Positions 12,701-24,900 of a DNA stretch of 64,000 bases are shown here, piece by piece. The stretch lies in the NCBI GenBank assembly GCA_965153285.1, contig OZ229125.1; one strand, written 5' to 3'. Within the stretch, counting starts at the first letter, position 1. Every line of letters begins with the position of its first letter. The position numbers and the translations under genes were made by a program. Under the pieces are notes generated by a model. That model had not been told where the DNA came from, searched no databases, and was given only the letters and a program-made list of their open reading frames with translations. The stretch comes from Podarcis tiliguerta (lineage: Eukaryota).

Positions 12701-14749
12701 AGCTCTGATCCTGAAGAACAGCAGCCTGCAGCGGCAGGAGGATCCTCAGAGGTCTGTGGCACAGAGCTGGGTGGTCCCCGTGTGCAGGACCGTGCAATGC
12801 GCTCAGGTTTTCAAACCCTTTTGCCCAGGATGCTCACCACCTCTGGAGCCACACGTGGATCACTCAAGTGGCACAGACCCTGCAAGTGTTCTGACTCCTT
12901 GCCCTCCGGAGATGGGGAGAGAGATGGACCTCCGCCCAAGAATCTCAGGCACTGGGGTGATCTGGACGCAATGCCTCATGTCAGTCAGCCGTGTGAAAGG
13001 GTTGAAAGCATAGCTGTCAACTTTTCCCTTTTTAAAAGGAAAATTCTCTTATTCCGAATAGGATTCCTCGCAAGAAAAGGGAAAAGTTGACAGGTATGGT
13101 TGAAAGTAGCAACTGAAGAGGCCTCCCCTATTCCCAGTGTGGTGCTACAAGGTTTTTCCACACACCTGTCACAGGCACATAATAGCCACAATAGGGTAAC
13201 AATTTAGCAATCAAGCAATTAAGAATGCAAGAAGAGCCTGGCTGCCAGATAAGGCTAAAGGATCATCTAGTCCAGCATCCTGTTGTCACAGTGGCCAGCC
13301 AAGATATCCCTGTGGGAAGCCCACAAACAGGATCCGAGCACAACAGCTTGTGATTCCCCGGCAAGCAACCTACAGAAAAGCATACTGCCACTGACAGTGG
13401 AGGGAGCATATAGCCATCATGGCTAGTAGCCTTGCGCATTTTGAATTTATCTTTGCACCTTTTAAGCTGGCCAGGTTGGTGGTCATTGCTTCATCCTATG
13501 ATATCAGAGCACAATCCTATACACATCTACTCAGCCTTCTGTCCTTGCTCCTGCCAGCCATCGAAACTCACCAGGCACTAGGTGCATTTTGCACCTGGCT
13601 ATTGGTCACTTGTGACCTGTGAGCCAGGTGGCACCTGACATCTCCACCATCTGGCTAGCTGGCACATGGCAGTGCTTTTTTGCTGCCATGCTAGGATGTG
13701 AGTCACCTGGCTCCCACCATAGCACTTCAGCAAAAGAGCAGTCTTCTGCTGCGAGCCAGCTGATTCGCATAGCAGCGCAGCAGCAGAAAAGTTTTACACT
13801 GAAGTGTGTCGTATGATTTCATTTTGAAACTGGCATAGCTGAGACCCAGCCCTACCGCGGAACTGAACCTAAATGTTTAGCAGTATTTCTTCTCTCTTGT
13901 CCTGTTCAGTTCTGATCCAGACATTAACTTGAAATGATTTAACAACTGGCTCAGTTACTTTCAACTTATTCAGATACGTATTGTGCAGAAAGATGTCACC
14001 AACTTTTATTCTTGCGGAGTAACTCTGGTGGGAGTGAATATAATGTTGAATATTTAACTAGAGACCTATTTAAAACATGGTGATGGATCCAAAGGACAAT
14101 GCTCCTTCCTCCATGTCATTCCCCTGAACAGGATTTGCTGAAGCCTGAGAACTTGCAGTTGGAAGAGGAAATTGTAGACCACCACATAATTGCTTAGGTG
14201 CATGCCTGGGGATCATTGGATCTTGACTGTTTTCACACACTAATGCCACATCCTGTGTAGAAATCTATCAGTTATATTTTATCTGCACAGTCAGAATGAA
14301 TTTCAGGAACCAAAGGGCTTTTTCTGTGCCACCTGCGCAGGAGCGGTGAGCGTTATTGTTATTTGTTGTAGCTTGTCTTCACTTACCCCACCACACTGCC
14401 CTGCTCATAGTTGTGAAGAATATTCTTACATTATGAATGGTTAATGCCACCATTAAGAAAAATAGGTAGGCATGGGCCAATATATATGTGGACTGTCCCT
14501 GGATCAAGTGACTTTTCTTCTTTAAGTTCTCAAAGTTCTTAATCTAGCACAAGGCAGAGGCTGACTTTGCCACTTCAGGGGTGTGTAGGTGTGTGTCCAG
14601 CTGAGCACCCCACGTCTGAAAGAGGAAACATTCCTTCATTTAGGTTTGGGGTGGTCTTTTCCCCTTCTGTGGCCCTAGCCACCTTGGAGCACAACTGAGA
14701 GTGACCTTCAAAGGGGGAGAGAGAGAAGCTGGGGCACTCCATGTTAGGC

Positions 14750-14935
14750 GAAGGACTGCAGCTCAGCACTAGAGTATCTGCCTTGAATGCCAAAGGTCCC
14801 AAGATCAGTCCCCAGAATCTCCAGATACGGCTGTGAGAAAACCCTTCTTCAAATGCCAGTTGTCTACCTGCCAGTTGTAGGCAATACTGAGCTAGATGGG
14901 CCAATGGTTTGGCTCATTATAATGCAGCTTTCCAT
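14750..14935 (+). mobile_element. tRNA-derived SINE with CR1/LF-SINE-like tail (diverged)
   Basis: GCAGCTCAGCACTAGAG...GCAATACTGAGCTAGATGGGCCAATGG. Confidence 0.75.
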
Positions 14936-15956
14936 GAGAAAGAGACCAGTCTCTGACCCAAGGAGATTGCAGTTTAAAAGTGGACCTCAGGGGAGGCAAC
15001 AAAATGGATGCAAAGCCTTTGACTGACCCATTTGTGCAAAAGATTGATTGCCACAGTTAAAAGTAACAAGCCCAGATTTTCATGTTAATTTTTATTCAGA
15101 GCTGCTTGCCGTTTCACGAATTATTTCCCCACCTGACCCCACCCCCATCCCGTGTTAATCATCCCCCTCTGAACTGCTCAACACATTTTTTCAGGAGCAA
15201 AATGCCTGGCTGTTTTGGGGGGCTTCATCTGAGCTAGGCCTCAATCCCAGAACATACGTTTTAGGGAAAACAGTCCTAGAACACGTGAAGTGACACAAGA
15301 GTGCCTCCAATACGAGCCGAGTGTGCCATTCTCCCCACCCCTCCCGGCCATCTGAGATTAGAGGTCAAACTGCAGGCAGACGACAACATCATAAACTTTC
15401 AGAAATTCATCTCTTTCCCTCCCCTTTTTCCCAATCTTTTTTCTGAGTCTCCTCCACTCTCAAGCCCCCACTTGGCCTCACTGTGTTGGGGAGGGGTTAG
15501 GACAGCAACTTACTCAATAATGGTTGGGGCACAAAGCCTCTTGGCTAGCTTTTCAGCTGCTGGAGTAAAGGACTGGCTCTTCTCTGCCTGCCACACCAAC
15601 TGGACATCTAGCTTTGACTGACCCGGTAGGACGAAAACAAAATGACTCTCTGGCTGAGGCTGCAGAGCCCACCCCTGCCTCAGGGCATTTGACTGCGACT
15701 CACAAGGGGGGAATTTCCTTTTCCTTGACCTTCCGGGCTATTCATTAACTGAGGTCGACTGGGTCCCAGCAGCAGCTTCAGCAAAGCTTCCAAACCCTGC
15801 ATTTCGTTAGGTCACCCTGTCTCTCTCTCACACCCACACACACAACAAGCATGTGCACAGGATTGTTTCAAATTACTTTCCTACAAGGAGCTCAAGGGGC
15901 ATCCATGGCTCTCCCTCTCCTCATTTTAGCCTCAGAAACCCTGTAGGGCATGGTAG

Positions 15957-15959
<3 letters not shown>

Positions 15960-16005
<46 letters not shown>
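15960..16005. repeat. (GA)n microsatellite inside a CORE SINE fragment
   Basis: Expands from the SINE sequence AGGCTGAGAG. Confidence 0.9.
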
Positions 16006-16008
<3 letters not shown>

Positions 16009-17739
16009 ATCCAAGGTGGGATAGAAAAAGGTGGGATATAAATGCAATAAATTAACAACAACAACAACAACAAATCCTAGTGATAAAACTGACCCTTGGG
16101 TGTGGGATAGGGTGTTAAGTTCATTGGAGCACAAAAAGGCATATACTGTACTTTTGGTGGACTCAATATTAATGGGGTGGGGGGGAGAACTCAGTACACC
16201 ACCTTGAGCTCCTTGAAAAAAAAGAGAGATATAAAGGCAATAACAAGCCAACAGCACTCCCTCTTTAGAAGTAAAGCTGTGAGCAAGAGTTTTACCACTT
16301 CCTCGATTTTACAAACTGTCAAAGAACTGCCATGGGTCAGCTTTTGCATGTGACTGGCCGGCAACCCACTATGGAGAGATCAGGGCCTGGCCTACCAACC
16401 AGCAGGGTCTGCGGTCTCACAACCCACTCCCCACCCAAGACTTTGCTGGCCCAGAACACATCTGTCAAGCTGGTCATGGGCCATCATAAATGCTTGGCTG
16501 GTCACATGTTCTTCCACCCTTGCCATATGTCTCAGGGCAGCAGCTCTGATACAAACAGCCTCCAGATCCACACCACACGTTTAAAGCACATGCTTCCCCC
16601 AAAAGAATCCTGGAAGCTGTAGTTTGTTAAGAGTGTTGGGAATTGTAGCTCTGTGGGTGGGGAAACCACCATTCCCAGGATTCTCTGGGCGAAGGCATGT
16701 GATTGAAGTGTGGATTGGGTGTGGTGGTGTGAGACAGTGCTACATCGGTTCATCCTTGCCCTGTTTTTCTAGCGAGCAAGACTCCCTGGAGCCCAGCACT
16801 TATGTGGCTCCCCCCCCCATCTCAAAAAAATGTCCATTGCCCATCTTTTTCTTCTGAGTGATATAAAACTGAAATCCCCCAGGCCAAGTTTAAATGTTGC
16901 TTCTCAAGTTGCATAGTTGGAGAAAACAGGTACCCTGCATTACTGAGCTGTTTAAAAAAACATAAATCCTGGCCAGAGATCAACTTGAGGATGGTTTGGT
17001 GCTTTCTAAAAAAAGGTCCAAGCTCTGTGTCATTCTTTCCAACTAAAGTTGGCAAGAAGGTCCACTCGAGGAAGAATAAAAACTCAACTCCCATGTCACC
17101 CCCACCCCACCCCCTTTCCGTTCCCACCCCCAGGGATTTGGTGTTCCCTCCCACCAAATAAGAAAAGCATAGCCTTCAACATCCAGAATTTTAAGAGGGA
17201 GAAGCTAACACCAGCCTTATGGAGATAACTAAATTTATCCCGGGGAACATTACGGTGGAGGAGAACACCCACAGTCATTCTGTTAGGTCTCAAGAGACCA
17301 GAGATGGAATCTTAGGCTGACATCAAGCCTCTTAAAAGACAATGCAGAGCAATCTGGAGGTAGTCAGTTGAGGGATTGGCTTCGTAGTCAGTCTTGGAAC
17401 ATATAGCGCAACAACAAGAGCACTTTGGAGCAGCTGCAAAGTGCTTCTATAGCTCACCGCCAATTATGCACACTCAACGTATCTAGGATGAGGAGGAGCA
17501 TCGCTCTGCTGCAGATCAGAATTCTGCCCGCAAAACTCATTTCCATGCCTGGGCTCAGCTCTGCAATATTATGAGCATGTGCAGAGTGCCTGTCCCTCCC
17601 CGGTTCCTTGATATGGGATTAAGGGAGCAGGGCTTCCAGATCAGAGGATCAATGTTGAGCCCTCAAACTGAACATTTTAGAAATGAATAATCCACCCAGT
17701 TCTGCGAAGGAGCAAAACTCAAGCAGTCACAATGTGTGG

Positions 17740-18450
17740 TGCTTCTGGAAAGGCCACAAGCAGGACATGAAGGCACAGGATGCTCAGAGGTGTCCTGCTT
17801 CAAAAGATGGAGGCTCCGTGTTGCTGCCATGACTGGTTGCAGTTGCTAGAACCAACTTCCTCCATGGACGTGTCAAAAGGTCTTCCAAAGACAGAAAGCG
17901 GCTTTTGCCACAACTTGCAGCAGTGTATTCCTAGGATGGGGACGCGGGTGGCGCTGTGGGTTAAAGCCTCAGTGCCTAGGGCTTGCCGATCGAAAGGTCG
18001 GCGGTTCGAATCCCCGCGGCGGGGTGCGCTCCCGCTCTTGGGTCCCAGCGCCTGCCAACCTAGCAGTTCGAAAGCACCCCTGGGTGTAAGTAGATAAATA
18101 GGGACCGCTTACTAGCGGGAAGGTAAACGGCGTTTCCGTGTGCGGCTCTGGCTTGCCAGAGCAGCGATGTCACGCTGGCCACGTGACCCGGAAGTGTCTT
18201 CGGACAGCGCTGGCCCATGGCCTCTTTGAGTGAGATGAGCGCACAACCCTAGAGTCTGTCAAGACTGGCCCGTACGGGCAGGGGTACCTTTACCTTTACC
18301 TTATTCCTAGGATGAGGTATGCACTGTGTGAAGTATTTCCTTTAATCTGTGCTGTATTTACTGCCCCTTAGTTCTTTTGGTGGACCCTGAGTTCTAGTAT
18401 TATAGGACAGGGATTCCCTCCCCCCTCAATCTACTTCCCCTACACTACAT
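17740..18450 (-). mobile_element. Old CR1 3' fragment hosting the Sauria SINE
   Basis: CR1-like sequence continues across the TSD (...GTGTGAAGTATTTCCTTTAATCTGT...GACCCTGAGTTCTAGTATTAT). Confidence 0.6.
17939..18301 (+). mobile_element. Sauria SINE, full length, young, inserted into a CR1 fragment
   Basis: Highly similar to 7671-8028 with CpGs largely intact. Perfect 13-bp TSD TATTCCTAGGATG at 17926-17938 and 18302-18314. Confidence 0.95.
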
Positions 18451-19368
18451 ATAATGAGTTGGAAAACTTTTTCAGCTCAAGGAGAGCTGCGTTCCCTCAT
18501 GGGCAAACTTCCAGAGGCTGCATGCCAATGGAGGGCAGGGCTAGAAGCAGAAGCAGTCCAGCCTGTGAATGCGATTCTGTTTGGAGGCAACATTCCAGCC
18601 ACCCAAAAGCCAGAGGTTTCAACACACCTGCACATCTATGTGTCCCCAGTCTCCACCCAGGCAAGGATGGGTTCCTCCAGATGGCCTGTTATGTACTGAG
18701 CACATTCATCCTGATTTGTTTGCACAAAGCTTATCTGGAGGTTAGACTATTTACAGTCTTTATTGAGCATTTATTCTGATTTGTTTGTGCATTTATCCTA
18801 ATTCACTTGTGGGCGGGGGGCGGAGGCAGTAAACATCTTCCCATTCATCCTGCGTTTATCCCACACTTTCCAGAGCATTTCCCTGTCACTTTCCAAACTG
18901 CAAAAGCTTGATTTTTTTATTATTTTTTTTAAAGTGGGCTTGCTGTGCTAGGGGCCAAAGAGAGATCCATTGTGATTGCACAAACCTAAACTCATGGAAT
19001 GCACTTGACGCCCTCTGCCAAGTCTGAAGGCACCACAGAAGGTATCATCACAGCCAGGCAAAAGCACCTGAGGGCATGGAACAGGGACAGTGAGAGTTCT
19101 GAGGGCCAGAGACAGATGCCTGGAGGGCCACATGTGGCCAATAGGCAGGAAGTTCCTCATGCTTGATGTGTAACTTTATAAGCCTACCCAGTGATTGTCT
19201 GCACACCACCTCTCTTCACAAGAGGAGCTTGAACCCAGCTTTACGTTTTGGGCATCTAAAAAATGATGTCCGAACTGACATGGAAATACACATGCATGTT
19301 AGTATTAAAATTCTCATCCTCTTCCATCCTTTTCTAGTATGGAGAAAAACCTGGACGTTGACCGTCTT

Positions 19369-19477
19369 GCTGTTAACCAGACGGTTGGTGGTTCAAGCCC
19401 ATCCAGGGACGACTGTGGGCCAAATTCCTGCATTGCAAGGGGTTGGACTAGAGGGCCCAAGTTATACAATTCTATGA
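19369..19477 (+). mobile_element. tRNA-Asn(GTT)-derived SINE fragment with CR1 tail
   Basis: GCTGTTAACCAGACGGTTGGTGGTTCAAGCCCATCCAGGGACG matches the 3' half of vertebrate tRNA-Asn. It is followed by TCCTGCATTGCAAGGGGTTGGACTAGA...ATTCTATG (CR1 3' end). Confidence 0.7.
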
Positions 19478-21063
19478 AAACCATCAGTGCTCATCTATAG
19501 AACTTCATCCATTTGCAGGGGGGAGCACATTCTTCAGACCACTCACATTCAAAAGCAACATGTTTAGAAACTGTTATTCCAATTTAAAATGCACTACTGG
19601 GTTTACACATGTTGTTAACTGCATTTGCACATATCCCAAATGACAAAAAATGTAAAGCCCTAGATGTGTTTGTTTGAGGGCACCGTCTACATTTATCGCA
19701 GCACAACTGCTGCTGCTTCCCTCCCCATCTCCTGATTATTTAGCTCTTCTCCTCTTTATTCCCCTCCTGGCCTGCCTGTCAAATAAAGAGTAGAAGCTGC
19801 TGCCTTTCAGCCATTCCTTTTTTTTAATTATCTTTCGCTTCCTGGCTTAAGTGGAACCAGCAGTGGTGCAAGCAATTAATCCCAAAGAGCATTAACAGCG
19901 GGGCCTGGCTGCCTTGATTGAAACTCATCGCCCAGCCCTTACACATCCTCAGACCTTGCCCTACCACAATGGCTCCACGGGCCACCTCTCCAGGATTCAT
20001 TAATATGAGTAATTAAAGAAAGAGCCTTCCCTTGGGGATGGGGGGGTGGAGCAGGAAAAGGAAATTGCAGGGGGGGGGTAAGCAGAATAGGGAATCCCCT
20101 AACACTGATCTCTGTACCCTACTTTTGATACCATGGAATAGTCTTTAAAATTAATTATAGATCAGAAAGCACCTCCATTTGAATCCATTGGTTTGGGTCC
20201 TAGCCTCCGGAGCAGAAGAAAACAGGCTTCCTCCATCTTCCTTGTGACAGCCCTAAACCCCAATGGATTATTCTCCACTATGAATTATTTTTCTCTATGG
20301 CTAACAAAACCAGAATAAAATTATGCAAAAATAAATACTATGGAAAGGAGCTTGATTTGCACAATGTACCAAAGACACAGGGTTGAAATATCCTTAAGCA
20401 TGTACTTTGGACACAACGGAATTCTGATGGATCTTCTCACTGAGAAGCAGACACAGCCATTTCTCTGTATGACAAAGGCCCTCAAAAATCAGCTCTGTGT
20501 CCATTAAGTGCTTGAAATGTAGGAAATAAAACATGAAGGAGCAGTAAGTGGGTCCTAAGGCAAAAGGGGAGCCATCAGCTGGTGCACAGCCAATCTTCAG
20601 AAGGAGAATGGAAGCGCCACCAATCTAAGAGAGGGGTGGGAGGCTATGGTATATTTCTGACCAGAAGAGAATGAAAAACTACAAAGAGACAAGGAGGGAA
20701 TCTTTCCCTGAGGCCTAAAAAGCATCTGAGAAACATAAAATGAATTAGAGGCAAAGGAATTCGACACACAATAAATTCACTCAGCTCAACAGGACGTGCA
20801 AAAGGCAGGAAACTACAACGAAGGACAATGGAAAACGGGTTAGACAAAAGGTGCAGTGTCCTCCCTTTGGAATGTGGGGCCTGCTTTTCACAGGGGAGGC
20901 AAGAGCAAACAAAATGCTTTTCTCCCCCAGCTAGGTGTACAAGGAGAGGTGGCAGATGTTGCAGAGATATAATAATTTCCCAAGCCATGGTGGCAGCAAG
21001 AGGGCACATTGTAAAGGGGCAACTAAACCCAATGGAAAAAATGCCAAAGGACAATTCTGTAGT

Positions 21064-21990
21064 GACCAATGTGACGTTTGAATCATAGAATAGAATCATA
21101 GAGTTGGAAGAGACCACAAGGGTCATCGAGTCCAACCCCCTGCCAAGCAGGAAACACCTGGAAGCTTCTTTACATAATCACTGGTGTTTTAGGTAATATT
21201 ATCTGAATTCCAATTAAGATTAAAGTATTTGTGTGTTAACTAGACTGGCTTGATCTTCCCTACAAAAATATTCAAGAAGGTAGTTCAAATGCTTTCTTTT
21301 TATTGTGTTTTCAAAGATGCGACCAATGTAACAGTTTCACAACTGGGGTATAAATGCAATCAATACATAAATAAGGCAAACGTTTTATCTAAAAGTATGA
21401 ATCAAAAATAATTTCATCATACTAATGTTTCATGGGCAAGTGTCAAATTTATGGTAATGTTTATTTGAAAGTGTGGGGAAAAGGTTTTTCTGCAAATTAC
21501 CTGTGGTCAACATAACTACTCTGAGGTTTTTATTTTGTAATAATAATAAAAAGTGGTGTATAAATTATATGAAATAAAATTAGGAAATAACACGGCCAAT
21601 GTAACCTGTGTTAATTAATGGATAAAAAGATAAAGGTAAAGGACCATGTGGGGAGGTTGTAATGTCCAGGGTAATTTAAAGTTAGCTGTGGCAAAACCCT
21701 CACGATTTGTTTCTTTTCAACCCAATGTTTTCAGGGAAGACAAACTTTACAGAAGTCCCCTTATTAAGAAGAGGATATTGCATCACCTGGCCAACCAATT
21801 TTCTTTTCAATTTCCCTGTCTCAAACTCAACAACAACAAAATTGCCAACCGACACTTCAGCGGCTGTTTCTGCTTCCGCTCTTTCTTTCAGGATAGCCAC
21901 ATTATCCACAAGGACATTGTTCTCTGTGTTTGTGGTGTTTTATTTTAAATTATGTTGAAAATTCATCTACATGTTTCGCAGGGTTGTCAA
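21064..21990 (-). mobile_element. Old AT-rich DNA transposon relic: frameshifted C-terminal coding remnant plus subterminal repeats
   Basis: Minus-strand peptide VSVGNFVVVEFETGKLKRKLVGQV...KFVFPE, then after a frameshift VEKKQIVRVLPQLTLNYPGHYNLP. The motif GRCCAATGTRAC occurs at 21064, 21321 and 21594. Confidence 0.55.
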
Positions 21991-24900
21991 GTTCCCTGAG
22001 GCAAGGCAAGAAGAGGCCTTCAGCTCCTGAGGTGAATTTTTATATCTCTAGCTCGGGAGTGGAGAAAACACCCAGTGCCGTACAGGTCACCCAGTGAGCT
22101 ACATAGCCAAGTGAGGATTCGAACTCTGGTCTCTCCATAGTCCTACTCTGACAGTCCAACTCCTACTGGCTCTCTTCCTCTGGGTCAGCCATCCCCTTCC
22201 TGGTTCCTTCACCGGCTGCCTTCCCCTGGCCCCAGAACTGTTCTGCCTCAGACCCTGCCAAGGCCAAAAGCCCCAATTGGCAAACTCCCTGTCTCACTAT
22301 CTCAGGCCAGCAAAAGTGCAGCTGTTGACTCTTTGCACATTCTGCAGCTGTTGAAGGCACAGGAGCTGTGCCAGAAGCAAAGTGTGGCAATGCCAAGGCC
22401 AAAAAGATTGCCTTCTGAGACAAGCCTAACCTCTCGGACTGGAGAACAGAGCCTGTTATGTTGACCAAGACCAGGACCAGAGAAGGCTCCCATCTGTAAA
22501 GCAGCCTATTCTGTGCCTATTTACTTGAAAGTTTGATTGGGGCACCTGCAAATGACCAGTTTATTGAGCCCCTTCATCCGGATTTGCCTTCATGGAGATT
22601 ATATCATAGAACTGTAATGCTGTGAACATTCATCCCAGTATGGTCACAGGCTGCTGAATCATTCCTTCCTCCCACAATTTTCAATCCATTTCTCAGTCTC
22701 TTTCCAAACTGTAATAATCCATATGTATTCATTTTAGAGGAGGGTTTGTTGCACCTTGGGTGCAAGATGGCATTAACCCACTTTAACTGAGTAAACCTAA
22801 ATATACGCTATGCAAAACAGTGACTAGTCTGGAGGCACCCAATGTTGGGTTTGGCTGCTGTAAAGCACCTAGGGATTTGTACAAAAGGTGGCATAATAAA
22901 AAATGTTTCAAATCAATAAGCGAAGTGAAAGCCCACTAAGCTGAACGGTGCTTTTATCCAGTAAGTTAAGTGTGCATGACAAACAGCTTCAAAACAGCTT
23001 CCCTTGGCACCCAAGGGAAAAGTCTATTGGATGCAGTTTCTCATATCGCTGTAGAAGTGTGATAGGAAAAGCTGAACGTGGCTGAATTCTTACTTCTGTG
23101 CCGTTTTCTGTGCACACCCAAGTGCATTGCAGGGGGGTTGCTCTAAATGACCCTTGGGGTCTCTTCCAACTCTACAATTCTATGATTCTATGAAATATCC
23201 ACAATCAACACCATGTTTAAATGGGGTAACTGCTCTTATGCATAACAGCATTGGCACAATGTTCCCCAACCACAGGTGGACAGAAACACGTCTGCCCCCC
23301 ACTTTACATTGGGCCTTAAAAGTTTTGGGAGCTCTCTGAAGGTTTGCATCTTATAACTCCATGAAGTTCGCAGAAGGGGGAAGAGACAGAGAGAAATATC
23401 ATTTGTCTTCCGCCTTCTGTGGGAACTGGCTCCCTGCTTGCTACAGCCTCCACGCCCACCCAGCTGTTGCTTCAACGGCTGAAATTACAATCTGGCTGGA
23501 CAAACCAGGGAAAAGGAGGGAAGGAACTAATCCCCTTGATTCCTCCTAACAGGTGCTCCATAGCAGCAGCATTAGTGATGGAAGGGGATCCCCACCCCCC
23601 ACTCCAGCCACCCTGCTCTTCCGCTGGCCCCCTAGAGGCCAACTTGCTTGAGTAACCAACGGCTAGTTGGCGCTAATAGCTTAGCATGCAGGTCAGTGCC
23701 TGGTTAAATCCTCTTCAAGCATCTGGGGTTTGGCTCAGGCCTGTTTGGAGCATGGACAGACCAACACCCACAACCAGAGTTCAGCCCCAGGTCCTGTAGT
23801 TAACTACTCGTGTGGTTGCCATTGGCAATCTGGAATTTCACACAGGCGAGTCCTTCACTAGTCCATTTGATTTCCATGCTGGCAAGGGAAGGTGGGAGAG
23901 GCTTTGTTTCCTATTAGATCAGGCCAAAGGTCCAATTGGCCAGCATCCTGTTCCCAACGGTGACTGGTCAGATGCTTCTAGGCAACCCACAAGCAGGGCA
24001 TGACAGAGAGGGCAGCTTTCGAGTTTGTCCTCAGCAGCTGACACTCCGAGGTGGACTGCCTTTGGTCATGGAGGTTTCACTGAGCTAGTTGTCGAGGACA
24101 GAGTTATGCCCCCCCCATCAGTGGCTATTCCCCCATCCCACCCCCATCCAGACATCTCCCACAGCTGGTCTGTCACATTAGTGCTGACCCACCCTGCTGC
24201 TATTTATAACAACCTACAGTAAGCCAGCCTACTTTGCAAGAGGAAACTGATCCCAATCGAACCACCCCAAACTTCCCCTTCAGCCCCACTGGGGACTTTT
24301 TTTTTTGCCAGCGTGAGACTTCCTCCCTGCTTCTGTGGCTGAGAAAGCAAAGCCGGGGACTCCCCACCCCCTCATCAGTAACCTTATCAGGCCTCAGCCT
24401 CACTCAGGGTCTCTTCCTGGGATGGGCAGGCCCACTGGAACAATAAACAGATGATGGGGTTTTTGCTGGCATGCAGGATGGAAGCTGCAAGAGGGTCTGG
24501 TGAGGGGGGCACTGCAGGGTGGAAGCCCCGAGACTCCAAAGAAATGCAAGTTATTGTCAAAGCAGCAGAAACCCAAAAGGCTCAAGGCATAGAGCCCTTT
24601 GCCAGTTCTTTTTGCAGAAGTCTCAAGTCAAAGGGCTGATGTATGCACGACATCTACTGTAGAAAGCACTGCTCAACCAAAGCAGCCGTATGGGCTGCTG
24701 AAACATGAAAGTGGTCCTTGTAACCCCCTCATGGCTGCCACTAATTCACAGGAGGGATGTGCAGCAGATTTGGGTGAATCCCAAATCTCAAAGCAAAAGT
24801 TGGTTGCTTAAAAGGGACTTTTGGCTTTGCAGAGGGGAAGCCAGTTCAGTACAAGGAGGCATGAGTTAAGGTGCTTCATGGCACCTCAGCAATCTGGGCA

